From Octopus bimaculoides (Eukaryota): a stretch of 64,000 nt of DNA. The notes beneath the pieces were generated by a model, which made no database searches, was not told where the DNA came from, and saw only the letters and a program-made list of their open reading frames with translations. The translations under genes were made by a program, and so were the position numbers. This document shows positions 13,690-26,125 of this stretch, one piece after another (the stretch's first letter is position 1; each line of letters opens with the position of its first letter). The stretch spans positions 79,606,024 to 79,670,023 of the forward strand of contig NC_068990.1 of NCBI RefSeq assembly GCF_001194135.2, in the 5' to 3' direction.

Positions 13690-14241
13690 TGAGGGTGAGT
13701 CAAAAAGTAATGCCATTTTGTTTAGGACAGGTATAATTACCAACACAGGAACATGTATCATGCATCAAAATGAAGCTGCTCCTCTGTGGATCACATCCCT
13801 TCTCAACATGATTGCTTTCTGATTCTCTCAATAGCAATGTTTCACCTTCGAATGAGAGCATGTATCCCTGCCCCGTAAAATTCTGTTGACTGTTCTTTGA
13901 GCTACCTCTTCACTACAGTTTTCACTTCCTCATCACTGGAATAATGTTTGCCTTTCAAACCCTCTTTCATGGGACTGAAGGCGCTAAATATTCCAGTGAC
14001 AAGGAAGTGAAAACTGTAGTGAAGAAGTGGCTCAAAGAACAGTCAACAGAATTTTACGGGGCAGGGATACATGCTCTCATTCGAAGGTAGAACATTGCTA
14101 TTGAGAGAAACGGTGACTATGTTAAGAAGTAGGGATGTGATCCAGAGAGGACCAACTTCATTTTGATGTATGATACATGTTCCTGTGTTGGTAATTATAC
14201 CGGTCCTAAACAAAATGGCATTACTTTTTGACTCACCCTCG
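13690..14241. mobile_element. Mariner-derived fold-back MITE made of two inverted 3' ends
   Basis: TA-(T/C)GAGGGTGAGTCAAAAAGTAATG at both ends; ~250-bp arms each encoding the mariner C-terminus (YSSD(K/E)EVKTVVKKWLKEQSTEFYGAGIHALIRR...NGDYV). Confidence 0.9.
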
Positions 14242-15312
14242 TACTGTTTTAAAGACCTTACTGCTATTGATAAAATAATCCTTTTGTAATTATCGGAGGA
14301 AGAATACATCAGATCTTTAGTTCTTAGACTCTATCAGTACACTTTCTTCATATATACACACATTGATTAATATGGTGTATTTGTGTATCACAATTGGCAA
14401 CATGGTGGCATTACTATTGGTTACAGTTTTCCAATGGCCCAGTCACAGGTTCACTGCAATTCTGATAGTGACTCTGAAAGGGCAGTGTCTGTAAATGCAT
14501 ATAAATACAAACATGTACATTATAGACATCCAGCACCAGTAGAAGTGAAATGCCACAGAAGGTTTTATGCATGCATTATCTTCATTTAAATTTCTTTGAG
14601 ATTCGTTTTTCCCCATTTATATATTTCATAGACATTGATCATTGCCCCAAACTACTTTCTGTTGAGCACTCTCTGTTAATAAATCTATTGATTAGATGAA
14701 TTAAGATGTGCCTTGTGAGATTCATGAACTTAATAGCCAAACACAATGGGGGCTGCACAAATTTTATCTCTTTTATTTCCCATATTGGTCTCCCAGAGAA
14801 TTCATCAACCCGGAACTAAAGACACTTGCTCAGTGCCATGCAGCAGGATTGAAACTGGAACCACAACGTTGCACACTGAACTTTTTAACCATATAACATA
14901 TACACACGTGTGTTTATATGTATTTAATAATAATTAGTTTCAAATTTTGGCACACGGGCAGAATTTTGAGGCGGTGTGGAGTCAATTCCATCGACCCAAG
15001 TACATGACAGGTATTTATTTCATTGACTTCAGCAACACTTTGTCCAACATGCTAATAATTCTGCCAACTCAACACCTTCATAATTATAACAATAATCTTT
15101 TCTACTATAGGCACAAGGCCTGAAATTTGCTGGTCAATTACGTCGACCCCAGTCCTGGAATGGTAGATATTTCATCAACCCTAGAAGGATGTCAGGCAAA
15201 GTTGAGCTCAGAAGAAATGTTGCTAAGCCTTTTGTGTGGAGTAATAAAGATTCTGCCAGCTTGCTACCTTAATTTAATAATAATAATACATGTATATTCA
15301 ACACCAAGATAA

Positions 15313-15588
15313 GTAAAGATTGTTTGCCAACATAACATGGCAGTCCTGGTTTAGGACGAATGTTGCTGTAATTTAGCCCCAGGAGACATCATCTCCAGCT
15401 GGCTATACAACACGATCTGTGTCCTTATATTTTCGAACAAGGGAATCTAGCACCCCCCCACTCAGCTCAAAACAACATCTGTATATCGTGTCATATAGCC
15501 AGCTGGAAACTATGTCTCCTGGGGTTAAATTACAGCAACATTCGTCCTAAACCAGGACTGCCATGTTATGTTGGCAAACAATCTTTAC
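15313..15588. mobile_element. MITE with ~100-bp near-perfect TIRs
   Basis: GTAAAGATTGTTTGCCAACATAACATGGCAGTCCTGGTTTAGGACGAATGTTGCTGTAATTT... mirrored at the right end; TSD unclear. Confidence 0.88.
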
Positions 15589-18199
15589 TACAAAGTCCTG
15601 TTGCTGAATATCTCTCGTTGTGAGATTTACAAATAGTAATTTTCTAACCAAGATAAGTGTACAAAAAAAAAATAGATTCTCCCCCCCCACCCCCCACCCG
15701 TAAATAAGTGGCTTTCATGACACCACATATTTTAGTAGCTGAGAACTAGTATTCTATTTCGCTCACTTTCTCTCACTCCCAGGCTACAAAAGCCTAGCAG
15801 ACAATTGTATAAAACCAACAATAAAAATAACAATAATCCTTCCTAGTACAGGCACAAAACCTGAAATTTTGAGGGGAGGGGGTCTTGTCGATTACATCGA
15901 CCCCCAGTGCACAACTGATACAAGGTCAATAAAATTTATTGACCTTGAAAGGATGAAAGGCCAAGTTGACCTCAACAGAATTTGAACTAAGAACGTGAAC
16001 ACAGACAAAATGCTAAAATGCTGCTGAGCATTTTTGTCCAGTGTGCCAACGATTCTGTCAGCTCACCACCTGACATATAATCATGATAATAATAATTATG
16101 TATAAGTGGCTGCATATGTGTTTCTCTTAATACTGAGAAAGTGATACACACTTTCACGTGTCTATATGGCTGTGTGCACCCACCAATGTATGGATGTATA
16201 TAAATACATGTGCACACAATATCTGTATGTGTGAACACATAAATATCTCAGCGTATGCATGCACCAATGAATCTATGTGGGTGTGCAAATACAAACCCCC
16301 TAGCTCTATTAAACAATCATGTGACCAACACCCCAGTGGAACTCAGTGTAGATTATTTCAACATTTATCAAGACAACCTAACTTTCCAACCCCCCCCCAC
16401 AACATCTTTCCTTTACCCCCACCCCCTCAATCTGAGCCAATGTTAGTGTTAGGAAAGCATAGAAATACTAATTGGGACTAGTCAGACTCAGTTCCAGGAA
16501 TGGGAAGCGTTACTACAACGACCCAGAGTGGGAAATCCCAGGGTGTCAACAATTCAACCTTTGTGCCTGGAGTATAAAAAGCAAGAATTTGAAACAAGTT
16601 TCTCATCACTTGGACGAGAGAAAGAAAAACAAAAAAAAAGTTGATCAAAGTTTTTTTTTTTTTTTTAACAATGATTAGGGTACATGTTGATTCTGTTTGT
16701 TTGTTTTGTTTTTTTGGACAAAGGGTCATAAATGTCCAGTTTCAAAATATGACCAAGATATATGAAGCAGAAATAATGATTTAAAACCCAAACGTGGGTT
16801 GGACCTAACCATAAATAGCACCAGACCTTCTAGAGCCTAAACATTAATAAAATCTATTAAAACAAAAATAGATTTGCAGGACATGAGAGAAGAATATGGA
16901 ACAAATCTCCAAGACAGGGAGATAATAACAGAAAACAGGATACCAGTGATTCCCAAGGGTGTGACCTAATGTCTTGTTGTTGGTCTGAGGTAATTCGACA
17001 TTACAACATGACGGGAGTACATTCCTGGACTTCAACAACAGCAGTGTTGGTCTGTGGGTGTTTCACCAGAAACAGAAGCAAGTTGGTAGTTATTTGCTGC
17101 CAGATATGAAACAACCAGCACCAGAATGGTACAAGAAATGACTGACATTTGGGGATAGTTTCTTTGTAATATAACAAGAATTTAACAAATTCTAGGGATG
17201 CCATGTAACATAACGACATGATATACTAAATACATATATAAGATATATTAAACAACATGATACTACATAGTCTCCAGATGTGTTAATAATACAGCACCAT
17301 AAACATGGTGAAGCAACACACAATGACATACACAATGACATTCCTGTAACATGACACTCTGGTTTGGGGGGGGGGGGTCCCCACCACCTCCTCGTGTAAA
17401 GACAACACAATCTCACAAAATGGTGACATAAAATGTTCCTAGAAGTGATCTAACATATTGCAGTGTCACCATGATAGGACAACCAGGATGTGAAAACAAA
17501 TTCAAAAGGAGACACACCTTGGCAGGTACACACAAACGGAGAAGCTCTATTTGTAATAATAATAATATGATTAATGGCAGTCATTTAGTATGTAAAAAAA
17601 AAACAAAAAAAATTTAAACGTGTCCCAGTTAAGTCTCATTCACACACACTATTTATATATGAACCTTTAATTTTGTAACAGACACTAAATGTGACACTGA
17701 AGAGGCCATCTGACCAACACTGCTAAATTTCTGGCAGTGTTAATACGATTCAGACATCTGTATAAAAAGAACAAACTGATGAGTCAACACAATAGAAACA
17801 TCCGTTAAGCAAATATGTAGAATCAAATGGATGTTTGCATGGATTCAGTGACCAGCACATGGTTGTCCAGTCAGAGAAACAGCACAAAAACAAAAAAAGT
17901 TTGAAACTATTAAAATAATAGCTTTGGCACAAGGCCAGTAATTTGAAGGGAGGGGTTAAGTCGATTACATCGACCCCAGTGCTCAACTGGTACTTAGTTT
18001 ATTAACCTTGAAAGGCAAAGTTGACCTCGGCAGAATTTGAACTCAGAACGTAAAGATGGACGAAATACCACTAAGCATTTTGCCTGGCATGCTAATAGTT
18101 CTGCCAACTCACCATCTTTAATAATATTATTATTATTTAACAATAACATAATTCTTAATTGCTCTTGAACACCACTATATATGTGTTTGTATGTATGTG

Positions 18200-18241
<42 letters not shown>

Positions 18242-18935
18242 AGTGTATATATATATATATATAAACACACACGAATATAGGACAGACAGGAGACGATGGA
18301 GGTGCGTGTGTGTGTGTGTGTGACTGAATGAGTGAGAGAGGGGATTGTGATTAAACTTTGGATTTAAAAAAAACAATTCCAAATTAATTTTTTTTAAAAT
18401 TTAAGTAAAAGAAAAGATAAGCTAGCGATAAGCTGTAGGAAAAAATAGAAAATGAAATATCAAGTGGTGGGGGGAATACTGTTAAACATCAGAATCTATG
18501 GTCCCAGGACCGGGAGTAGGGGTCACAGAATCTGGAACGAAAGGAGAGAGAATTTCTGTATCTCACTCACTCATTCATTGTTTCTAGTTCTTTCTCCACT
18601 CATCACAAGCCACACTCTCACTCTACGAGTTATCCAATGTATACTTTATATACATCATATGTGTGAGTGTGAATGAGGGGGAGAGAAAGAGAGAGAGTAA
18701 GAGACAACTTAGAAGCTGTATGTTTAAGACTGAGATGATAAAAAATAGTTGTTTTATCTTCTCTGCTTCAACACTTATCGACATCCTCCTGTGATTTGTC
18801 ATCACCATCACTCAGCAATAGGATTTATTATCCTTTGTCAAGCAACATCTTTATAAACCATTAAATAGTCTTTTGCAAAACAGATGAATAGATGAATGAA
18901 AGAGAGAGAGAGAGTGCGTGTGTGTGTGTGTGCGC

Positions 18936-18979
<44 letters not shown>

Positions 18980-19157
18980 CTTTGGGTGTATGTGTGTGGC
19001 GGTTTATGATGCATGCTTGAATGTATAACATTTATATATATAATGTTTATCTATGTATATATGTGTCTGTGTGTATGTATGTATATATATATATATATCT
19101 TTTGTCTATTAAACTGTTGTATACACACCACAACAAATGTGCAACTGTCCTTATTGC

Positions 19158-19691
19158 TCAACAACCATCCTTACAACTGACCACGGCCCCTATTATTATC
19201 CATAGAACAATCCCAACAACAAAACTAATATAGACAAACCATACAGCGAGTTTACCGTCTCGTTGCATGAGACCATACAGTCCTTTCGACTGATGTTTCA
19301 GTGTCTTCTGTACGTAGTGATACGCTACAATTGCTGTGGGGAAAAAGAACACAAAGCTGATGCAGGATGCAATCAAAACCCATTGCAAGTGTTTCCAGGG
19401 TCGTGGCAACATCTCGGCAGAAGGTACACGCCGCACCATATGGGGTACTGAAACTGTTGTCTCTCTGTAAGGATTGTCTGTTGTGTTCATAAAAACTGGT
19501 TCTATGGAAAATGCCCTCATATCTTCGGGACCGCTACCAGATGGCGTGTGTTGGTCGATGAGTGATGTCACATCAACGGACATGGCACCATTGTGTGCAT
19601 TTAAGTCGGCAGCAAAATCACTGTCCTCATGAATCTCCTTGTGCAGGGGCTGCCTCTCACTGGAATGGTTGCCATTGTCACCAGACGACAT
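19158..19691 (-). CDS. CD225/dispanin-family (IFITM/PRRT-like) membrane protein, 177 aa, single coding exon
   Basis: Low-complexity N-terminus, then PRPWKHLQWVLIASCISFVFFFPTAIVAYHY (hydrophobic segment 1), a short basic loop KTLKHQSKGLYGLMQRDGKLA, and a C-terminal TM segment VWFVYISFVVGIVLWIIIGAVV. This is the CD225 layout. A strong acceptor ttttcattttcttttttcAG lies 49 nt upstream of the ATG (exon starts at 19740). Confidence 0.8.
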   Translation of the reverse strand: MSSGDNGNHSSERQPLHKEIHEDSDFAADLNAHNGAMSVDVTSLIDQHTPSGSGPEDMRAFSIEPVFMNTTDNPYRETTVSVPHMVRRVPSAEMLPRPWKHLQWVLIASCISFVFFFPTAIVAYHYVQKTLKHQSKGLYGLMQRDGKLAVWFVYISFVVGIVLWIIIGAVVSCKDGC

Positions 19692-22600
19692 GTTTCTAGC
19701 AAGAGGTGTGTCTCACTTACAGATGAAATACTCGAGGCCACTGAAAAAAGAAAATGAAAACATACTTTCAGCAATTTACAACACAGAAGACAACTAAACA
19801 TAGAAATATACAAAGAGAAATTTTAATTTGCAAGTTTTTATCAACCAAAACAATCTTCAGGACCAATTTCTTGAATATTTTGCCAGTACCGCCTGACTGG
19901 CCTTTGTGCTGCTGGCACGTAAAAGCACCCACTACACTCTCTGAATGGTTGGTGTTAGGGATGGCATCCAGCTGTAGAAACTCTGCCAAATCAGATTGGA
20001 GCCTGGTGTAGCCATCTGGTTCACCAGTCCTCAGTCAAATCGTCCAACCCATGCTAGCATGGAAAGCGGACGTTAAACGATGATGATGATGATTACATAC
20101 AAACCCTCTCTTAGCTACGGTGCAAACTTAAATAATCTCATTTTCCCTCTACAATAAAGAACTGAATGGCTCCACTTTCCACATCTTTTTAGTGCAATCC
20201 TACTTCCAACATATATTTCAACAAGCTGTTTATCTGAATGCTTGTTGTTAATCGTTCCTAACCATAAAATCAGAAATAATATTCTGTTATCTCAAGTAAT
20301 TGTCAGAGACACATTAAGAAATTTGAACCAGTATCTTATCAGCCTTCTTATGGTGGGCAACTTTCACAGAATTCAAAGACAAAACTGTATGTTAAACAAC
20401 TATTTATATAGTCTTCCTCAATATCCTACTTTTTGAAGCAGACAGACGTAATCAAATCACAATTTAGTTCCATTTTAATGTCAGAGTCAGCCGTTACAAA
20501 AACAATTTCACCAAAGTATTAGGACATGGTATTTAAAAGGAGATTAACCTATTATTAGCAGGTTATGTGATAAGCTTCCTAACTGATTCGTCTAGACATT
20601 TTGTAGTTGTAATTACTGTTGTTGGTATTTTTGAAGCAAACCTGTATCATTCAAACGTTTGAGATCAGCTCAAAAGCTCCAGGATATTGAAGATGTGGGT
20701 CACCAACGGAGTGGATTCAGCCAAAGCTGCTCATCGCTCAGGCCTGACTCAGTTACAGAAGCAGAGATTAACAATTAACATTGCTTTATCTATAATAAGT
20801 CTCTGCTTAATTATTCACTCACATATTCCTTTTTTGTTTTTATCTTTTACTTGTTTCAGTCATTAGACAGCGGCCATGCTGGGGCACTACCTTGAAGAAT
20901 TTTTAGCCAAATAAATCGACCCTAGTACTTTTTTTTTATTTTAAGCCTGGCACTTATTGTATTAGTTTCTTTTGCTGAACCACTAAGTTACAGGGACACA
21001 AACACACCAACACCAGTTGTCAAGCAGTGGTGGCAGACACACACAACAGGGTTCTTTCAGTTTTTTTTCAACCAAATTCACTCATATTATATCAAGATAT
21101 GCCACAATATTTTCTAACAGGACAGAAGAATCTGTTCCCCATTTCCTCCCCACCCATTATGATCCATGGTTATTTTTGAATTACATATCTATAAAGAATC
21201 TATCATTTTTGGTATGGCACTCACTCGATGCCTCCTGAATAATGGTACTCATAGGTAGCAGTACATATCAACGCAGTCACTCCCATAGCTCAGCTTCTCT
21301 CCAGTTTATCTGATAACCGTTTTAACAAAACCCCCACCACCAAACTGTGTAATGTGTGTGTGTTAATATCAAAACCTGACAATCTACTAAGTTTCACCCA
21401 GGGCTGTGTTGTTCACAATAGTCATGACTCGCCCAACTCCTGGTGAATCTGAAGAGTAAGCATCAGCTTTTCATATAATAAGCCTGTCTCATCCAATGTA
21501 GTAAGATTTATATCACAATATCAGATAATGTCTCCAATATATAAAATACAGTGTTTAATAGACTTCACAACTTTTATATTACAATATACACACACACAAA
21601 CCCATGTGCTGGTGCCACATAAAAAGCACCCAGTACACTCCTGTAAAGAGGTTGGCATTAGGAAGGGCATCCAGCTATAGAAACCATGCCTAAGCAGACA
21701 ATTGCAGCCCTCCAGCCTTGCCATCTCCTGTCAAACCATCCAACCCACACCAGCAAGGAAAATGGATGTTGAATGATATAAAGTACACACATGCAGAACC
21801 ACATTAATAGCTTAGGAGTGAAATTTAGCATTTTCCCACCTAGTTTGCACATTATGGCACCACCATTATTATGTTTTCATTATTCTGTGTAATGTCCTTT
21901 TTTTATTTCAGATTCTTCAGTTTTGGAGTGACCCATGCTAATAGTTTTTGAATGAAAATAGCCCATCTAGACTTTTTTTTCAGGAAATGAAGGGCAATGA
22001 TACATATTAAGCATACATTGAGTATATATTTAACAGAAAACCATAATAATATCGTAACATTTCATGTGGATCTGGGTGTATGTGGTGTATTTATATATGT
22101 AAAGTACTTTATTCACCCCAGGCTTAGGCTGGGTACACTGTTTTCTTGCTGGCCTGGTGTCTGAAAGCATTGGTGAACATTGACTGCATAAAACCAGTCC
22201 GAACTTTGTCAGCATTGAAAAGCAGAAATAAAACAACAACAAAGTTGATGTACACACACACACATCATTTCTTTAAGAGTCAATGGGTGGTCAATCTAAG
22301 CATTACAAATTTAAGAAGCCAACATCTTAGGAATTGTAATGTCTGGTTCTGTCTGTTAGTGACAGTTATACCATTGTTAGAAAGATCTTTACTTTGGTGG
22401 CTACCGTCAAAAAGGAAAAAAAAAAAAAGCCCAAGAAATGGAATTGAAAAGAATCTCTTGAATGCAATTCTTAGAATTAGGTTTTTGACATTTCTGCTTT
22501 CTTTGATATCACAAACAGTCCAAAGAATATATTTGAAAGCAGACATATATGAGTATGATGATAATTTTCCATCACCAAGCCGAAATTGTTCAGCCACACC

Positions 22601-24285
22601 CTCTGCATGGAAAACAATAGTTAAGTTAGTATTCACATGTTTAATGTTGGGACAGTAAAAAAAAGAATAAAATAAAAAAACTAAACATAATTCTTTGATG
22701 AAGGGATATGCAGGCCAGTAGGTGGGGCAATAAGCAGACTTCAAACTTACTTAAATAGTTTGTACAAGAACATACTCATTGAGTTGGGTAGAAAACTAGA
22801 ATTGTTTAGGGGTCATGAGGAAGGACAGCTAGTCATAAAAACCACACCAAAGCAAACCTCACCAGTGCTGGTGCCACATAAAAAAAGCACCCAGTACACT
22901 CTGTAATGTGGTTGGTGTTAGGAAGGGCATCCAGCTGTAGAAACCATGCCAAAACATATAACTGGAGCTGGGTGCAGCCCTCCAGCCTTGCCAACACCTG
23001 CATGGAAAGTGGACATTAAATGGTGATGCATAATTCTTCTTCATTATTATTATTATTATTATAGCTAGAGCACATACAGTATATTATTATAGCTAAAGCA
23101 TTGTTGTTCCTTAATACAGAGAAAGAGAGAGAGAGACGAGGTAGGCTGTTATTTTAAATCACATTGATAATAAACATCTGGCTGGAAGACAGCAGGACAC
23201 ACAGACAGACTAGACAATTATGGATCTAGTAGCTTTGATATTCTACTCTCCACAGATTTTTAAAGTGTGTCCTTTACATGAAGAGTGACATAAATTTTAG
23301 TAGACAGATGTTGCTGTCTGTGGCCAGGAAGGTTTGGTGACTATGTTTTAAGAGGGAGCCACTGTGAGTGACCATTGCAGTAAAGGGTTCTCACCACCAT
23401 AACATTAAATAAAAGAGTTCTTTACATTAAAGACAAATGTACCACCAGTATATTGCTGGTACTCATTTTATTGACAGCAGAAAAATGAAAATATAATGAA
23501 CTCCAGTGTGACCTGAACTAAATACTGACAAGTACTTCAGTCGGTGTTTAATTATTCATGTCACCAGCTATCATAATAATAACAATGCTTTCAAATTTTA
23601 GCACAAGGCCAGCAATTTCGGGGATGGGGTAAGTCGATGTAATCAACCACAGTGCTCAACTGGTACTTATTTTATCGACCCCCAAAAGGATGAAAGACAA
23701 TGTTGACCTCAGCGGAATTTGAAGACAGACGAAATTCTGCGAAACATTTTGCCTGGTGTGCTAACGGTTCTGCCAGCTCACACCCTTAATTAATAATAAC
23801 AATTGTTTCAGACACAAAGTCTCCCAGAAAGGGGGGGTAAATCAACCCCAATACTTGACTTGTACTTTACTTTCTTTTCTACTCTTGGCACAAGGCCCAA
23901 AATTTTTTGGTGAGGGAACCAGTCGATTAGATTGATCCCAGTATGCAACTGGTATTTATTTTATTGACCCTGAAAGGATGAAAGGCAAAGTCAACCTCAG
24001 CACAATTTGAACTCAGAATGTAAAGATGGATGAAATACCGCTGAGCATTTCGCCTGGTGTGCCTCTACTTTGTCTCCATACTTTCAGGGTAAGGTGGCTA
24101 ATAGTGGTGAGAAGAAGAAAAAGTCAATGTAGTAGAACTGGGGTGGGAGAGAGTGTGAGGAAGAGGGAGAAATAAGAGAGTGTATGAGGAGGAGGAAGGA
24201 GAAAAGGGTGGGGTGACAGTGTTAGAGAATTATTAAGAGAGGCCAAGCATATTATTTACATTAGATTCACTCCATAATTGCACAT

Positions 24286-24548
24286 GGGCATATGGCATAG
24301 TGGTTAAGAGCATGGGCTACAAACCTCAAGATTCCGAGTTCGATTCCAAGCAGTGACCTGAACAATGATAATAATAATCATAACATCGAAAAATACCTTA
24401 GGAATGAGAACCCAGGTTCGAAATTTCCCCAAGACACCTGATGAAGTCTGGAGGATATATCAGCTGAAACGTTGTGTTAACAACAAACAAGACGAGGACA
24501 AATATCCATCAAATGTGCATAATTCCTCATCTCTTAAATATGGAACTG
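24286..24548 (+). mobile_element. tRNA-headed short retroelement with hammerhead-ribozyme body (full-length copy)
   Basis: A box TGGCATAGTGG, B box GAGTTCGATTCC, (AAT)n spacer, then a body with GACAC-CTGATGA...GAAACGTTGTGTT. Confidence 0.85.
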
Positions 24549-25929
24549 AACAGAGGCCAAGTAGTTGAGAAGATGGTGGATGTCAATAAAAGAGTGAACT
24601 GATTGATGGCAGGTAACACAGGAAGGTAAATTAGGAGGGACACCAGATAGCAATGGATCCAATTCGGTGACTCATTAGTCCAGCATTGCAATGGGTGGGG
24701 TGGGGTCATAACGTCCACTTTCCATGCTGACATGGGTTGGATGGTTTGACTGGAACTGGTAAGCTGAAGAGCTGCACCTGGTTCCAGTCTGATTTAGCAT
24801 GGTCTCTACGGCTGGAAACCATGCCAAATCAGACTGGAACCTGGTGCAGCTCACCAAACACTCCAAGAGTCTAAAGAGTACTTTTACATGCCACCAGCAC
24901 GGGTGCCATTTACATGGCACTAGCAATGGCCACAACTATGGTTTCACTTGGCTTGACGAGTCTTCTCAAGCACAGCATATTGCTAAAGGTCTCGGTCATT
25001 TGTCATTGCTTCCATGAGGCCTAACATTTAAAGATCATGCTACTGGAAATGGTCAGTGGAAGACAAACACTAACAAATCAAAGATCATCATCATCAATCT
25101 AACATCTACCTTTCATTGCATGTACAGGATAGACAGAGTTTTCTATGGTCAGATGCTCTTCCTGTCATTAACCCTCACCAGCAAGGTAATAATCCCTCAA
25201 GCCATCAAACAGCCCAAACATGCTCTTGTGGAGGACCTCATACAAATGACACCTTTTGTTTTTTTTACAATTAGTGTGCAACACATCAAAAAGCTCAGGC
25301 ACGCTTTCTTACTATAAGTATATACAATAATATATACACTGCTGTGTATATATTATTGCATATACTAATATATATCCCCTCATACATTCAATACACTGAC
25401 AACACTTGCAGCCTAACATCCAGAGGTGAAACAAGATATTGCTCTGAATGTAGAGAAGGCAAACTTTCAATGACAGCCACGTCATCTATATTAACGATAT
25501 CCAGAACCAGACATATTTCAACAATGGTTAATGAGTGTAACCAATTAGCTCAACTTCCAATATTCATCTATTTAATATGGCGGGATTTGAACTCAGATCA
25601 TAAAGATATGCAACTAAATTCCAACCTATTCTAATGGTTCACCTAAATTAATTAAAATTATCTTTTCATAAAACTTTAGATTTATAAGGTGCAAGAAAAT
25701 GTACAGATTTTAAGGCGACAGGAAGTTATAATATTCCCATCTTCCTCAAGAACAGTAATGAAATGAATAAACAGGAAAATTGGCAACATCTGGCACCTGG
25801 CAGTGAAAACTGGGTCATAGCTGTAGTCACAAGTACTTTCCCATGTCAGGATTTTCTCACAGATATCTTCCAAATAATTTCATGGACGTTAATTCAGTAT
25901 TGAACCTCCCACACTCGGTTTTACAGAAC

Positions 25930-26125
25930 TTCACCTGCTACAAGAACAGAGGAAATGTAATGACACAAGAGAAAATCAAGTTGATGGAACAGGTTATCAA
26001 AGTTACAGGGTCAGGGCACAAGAATTATCCTCAATGAGACACAATTCAGTTTTGTGTAGACAAGACAAACTACCAATATCTTCCTCCACATGAGACAACT
26101 GCAAGAGAAGCACTTAGCTGACAAG
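25930..26125 (+). mobile_element. RTE-clade LINE RT fragment
   Basis: CYKNRGN...IKLMEQVIKVT and QFSFV*TRQTTNIFLHMRQLQEKHL resemble RTE RT motifs. Confidence 0.65.

Larger units (their letters stand above)
9841..16075 (-). repeat. Dense array of about 15 co-oriented copies of a tRNA-derived SINE with (ATT)n tail
   Basis: The core AAAGGCAAAGTTGACCT...GAATTTGAACTCAGAA recurs at ~9960, 10840, 11075, 11500, 11920, 12135, 12715, 12965, 13190, 15195 and 15955, plus decayed copies. Dispersed copies at 1320, 17910, 23575, 23870, 30525, 37840 and 63915. Confidence 0.9.

Noticed and set aside
22146-22744. Overlapping 170-aa (+) and 154-aa (-) ORFs
   Set aside because: No recognisable motif, and they run through homopolymer and (CA)n tracts; consistent with chance.
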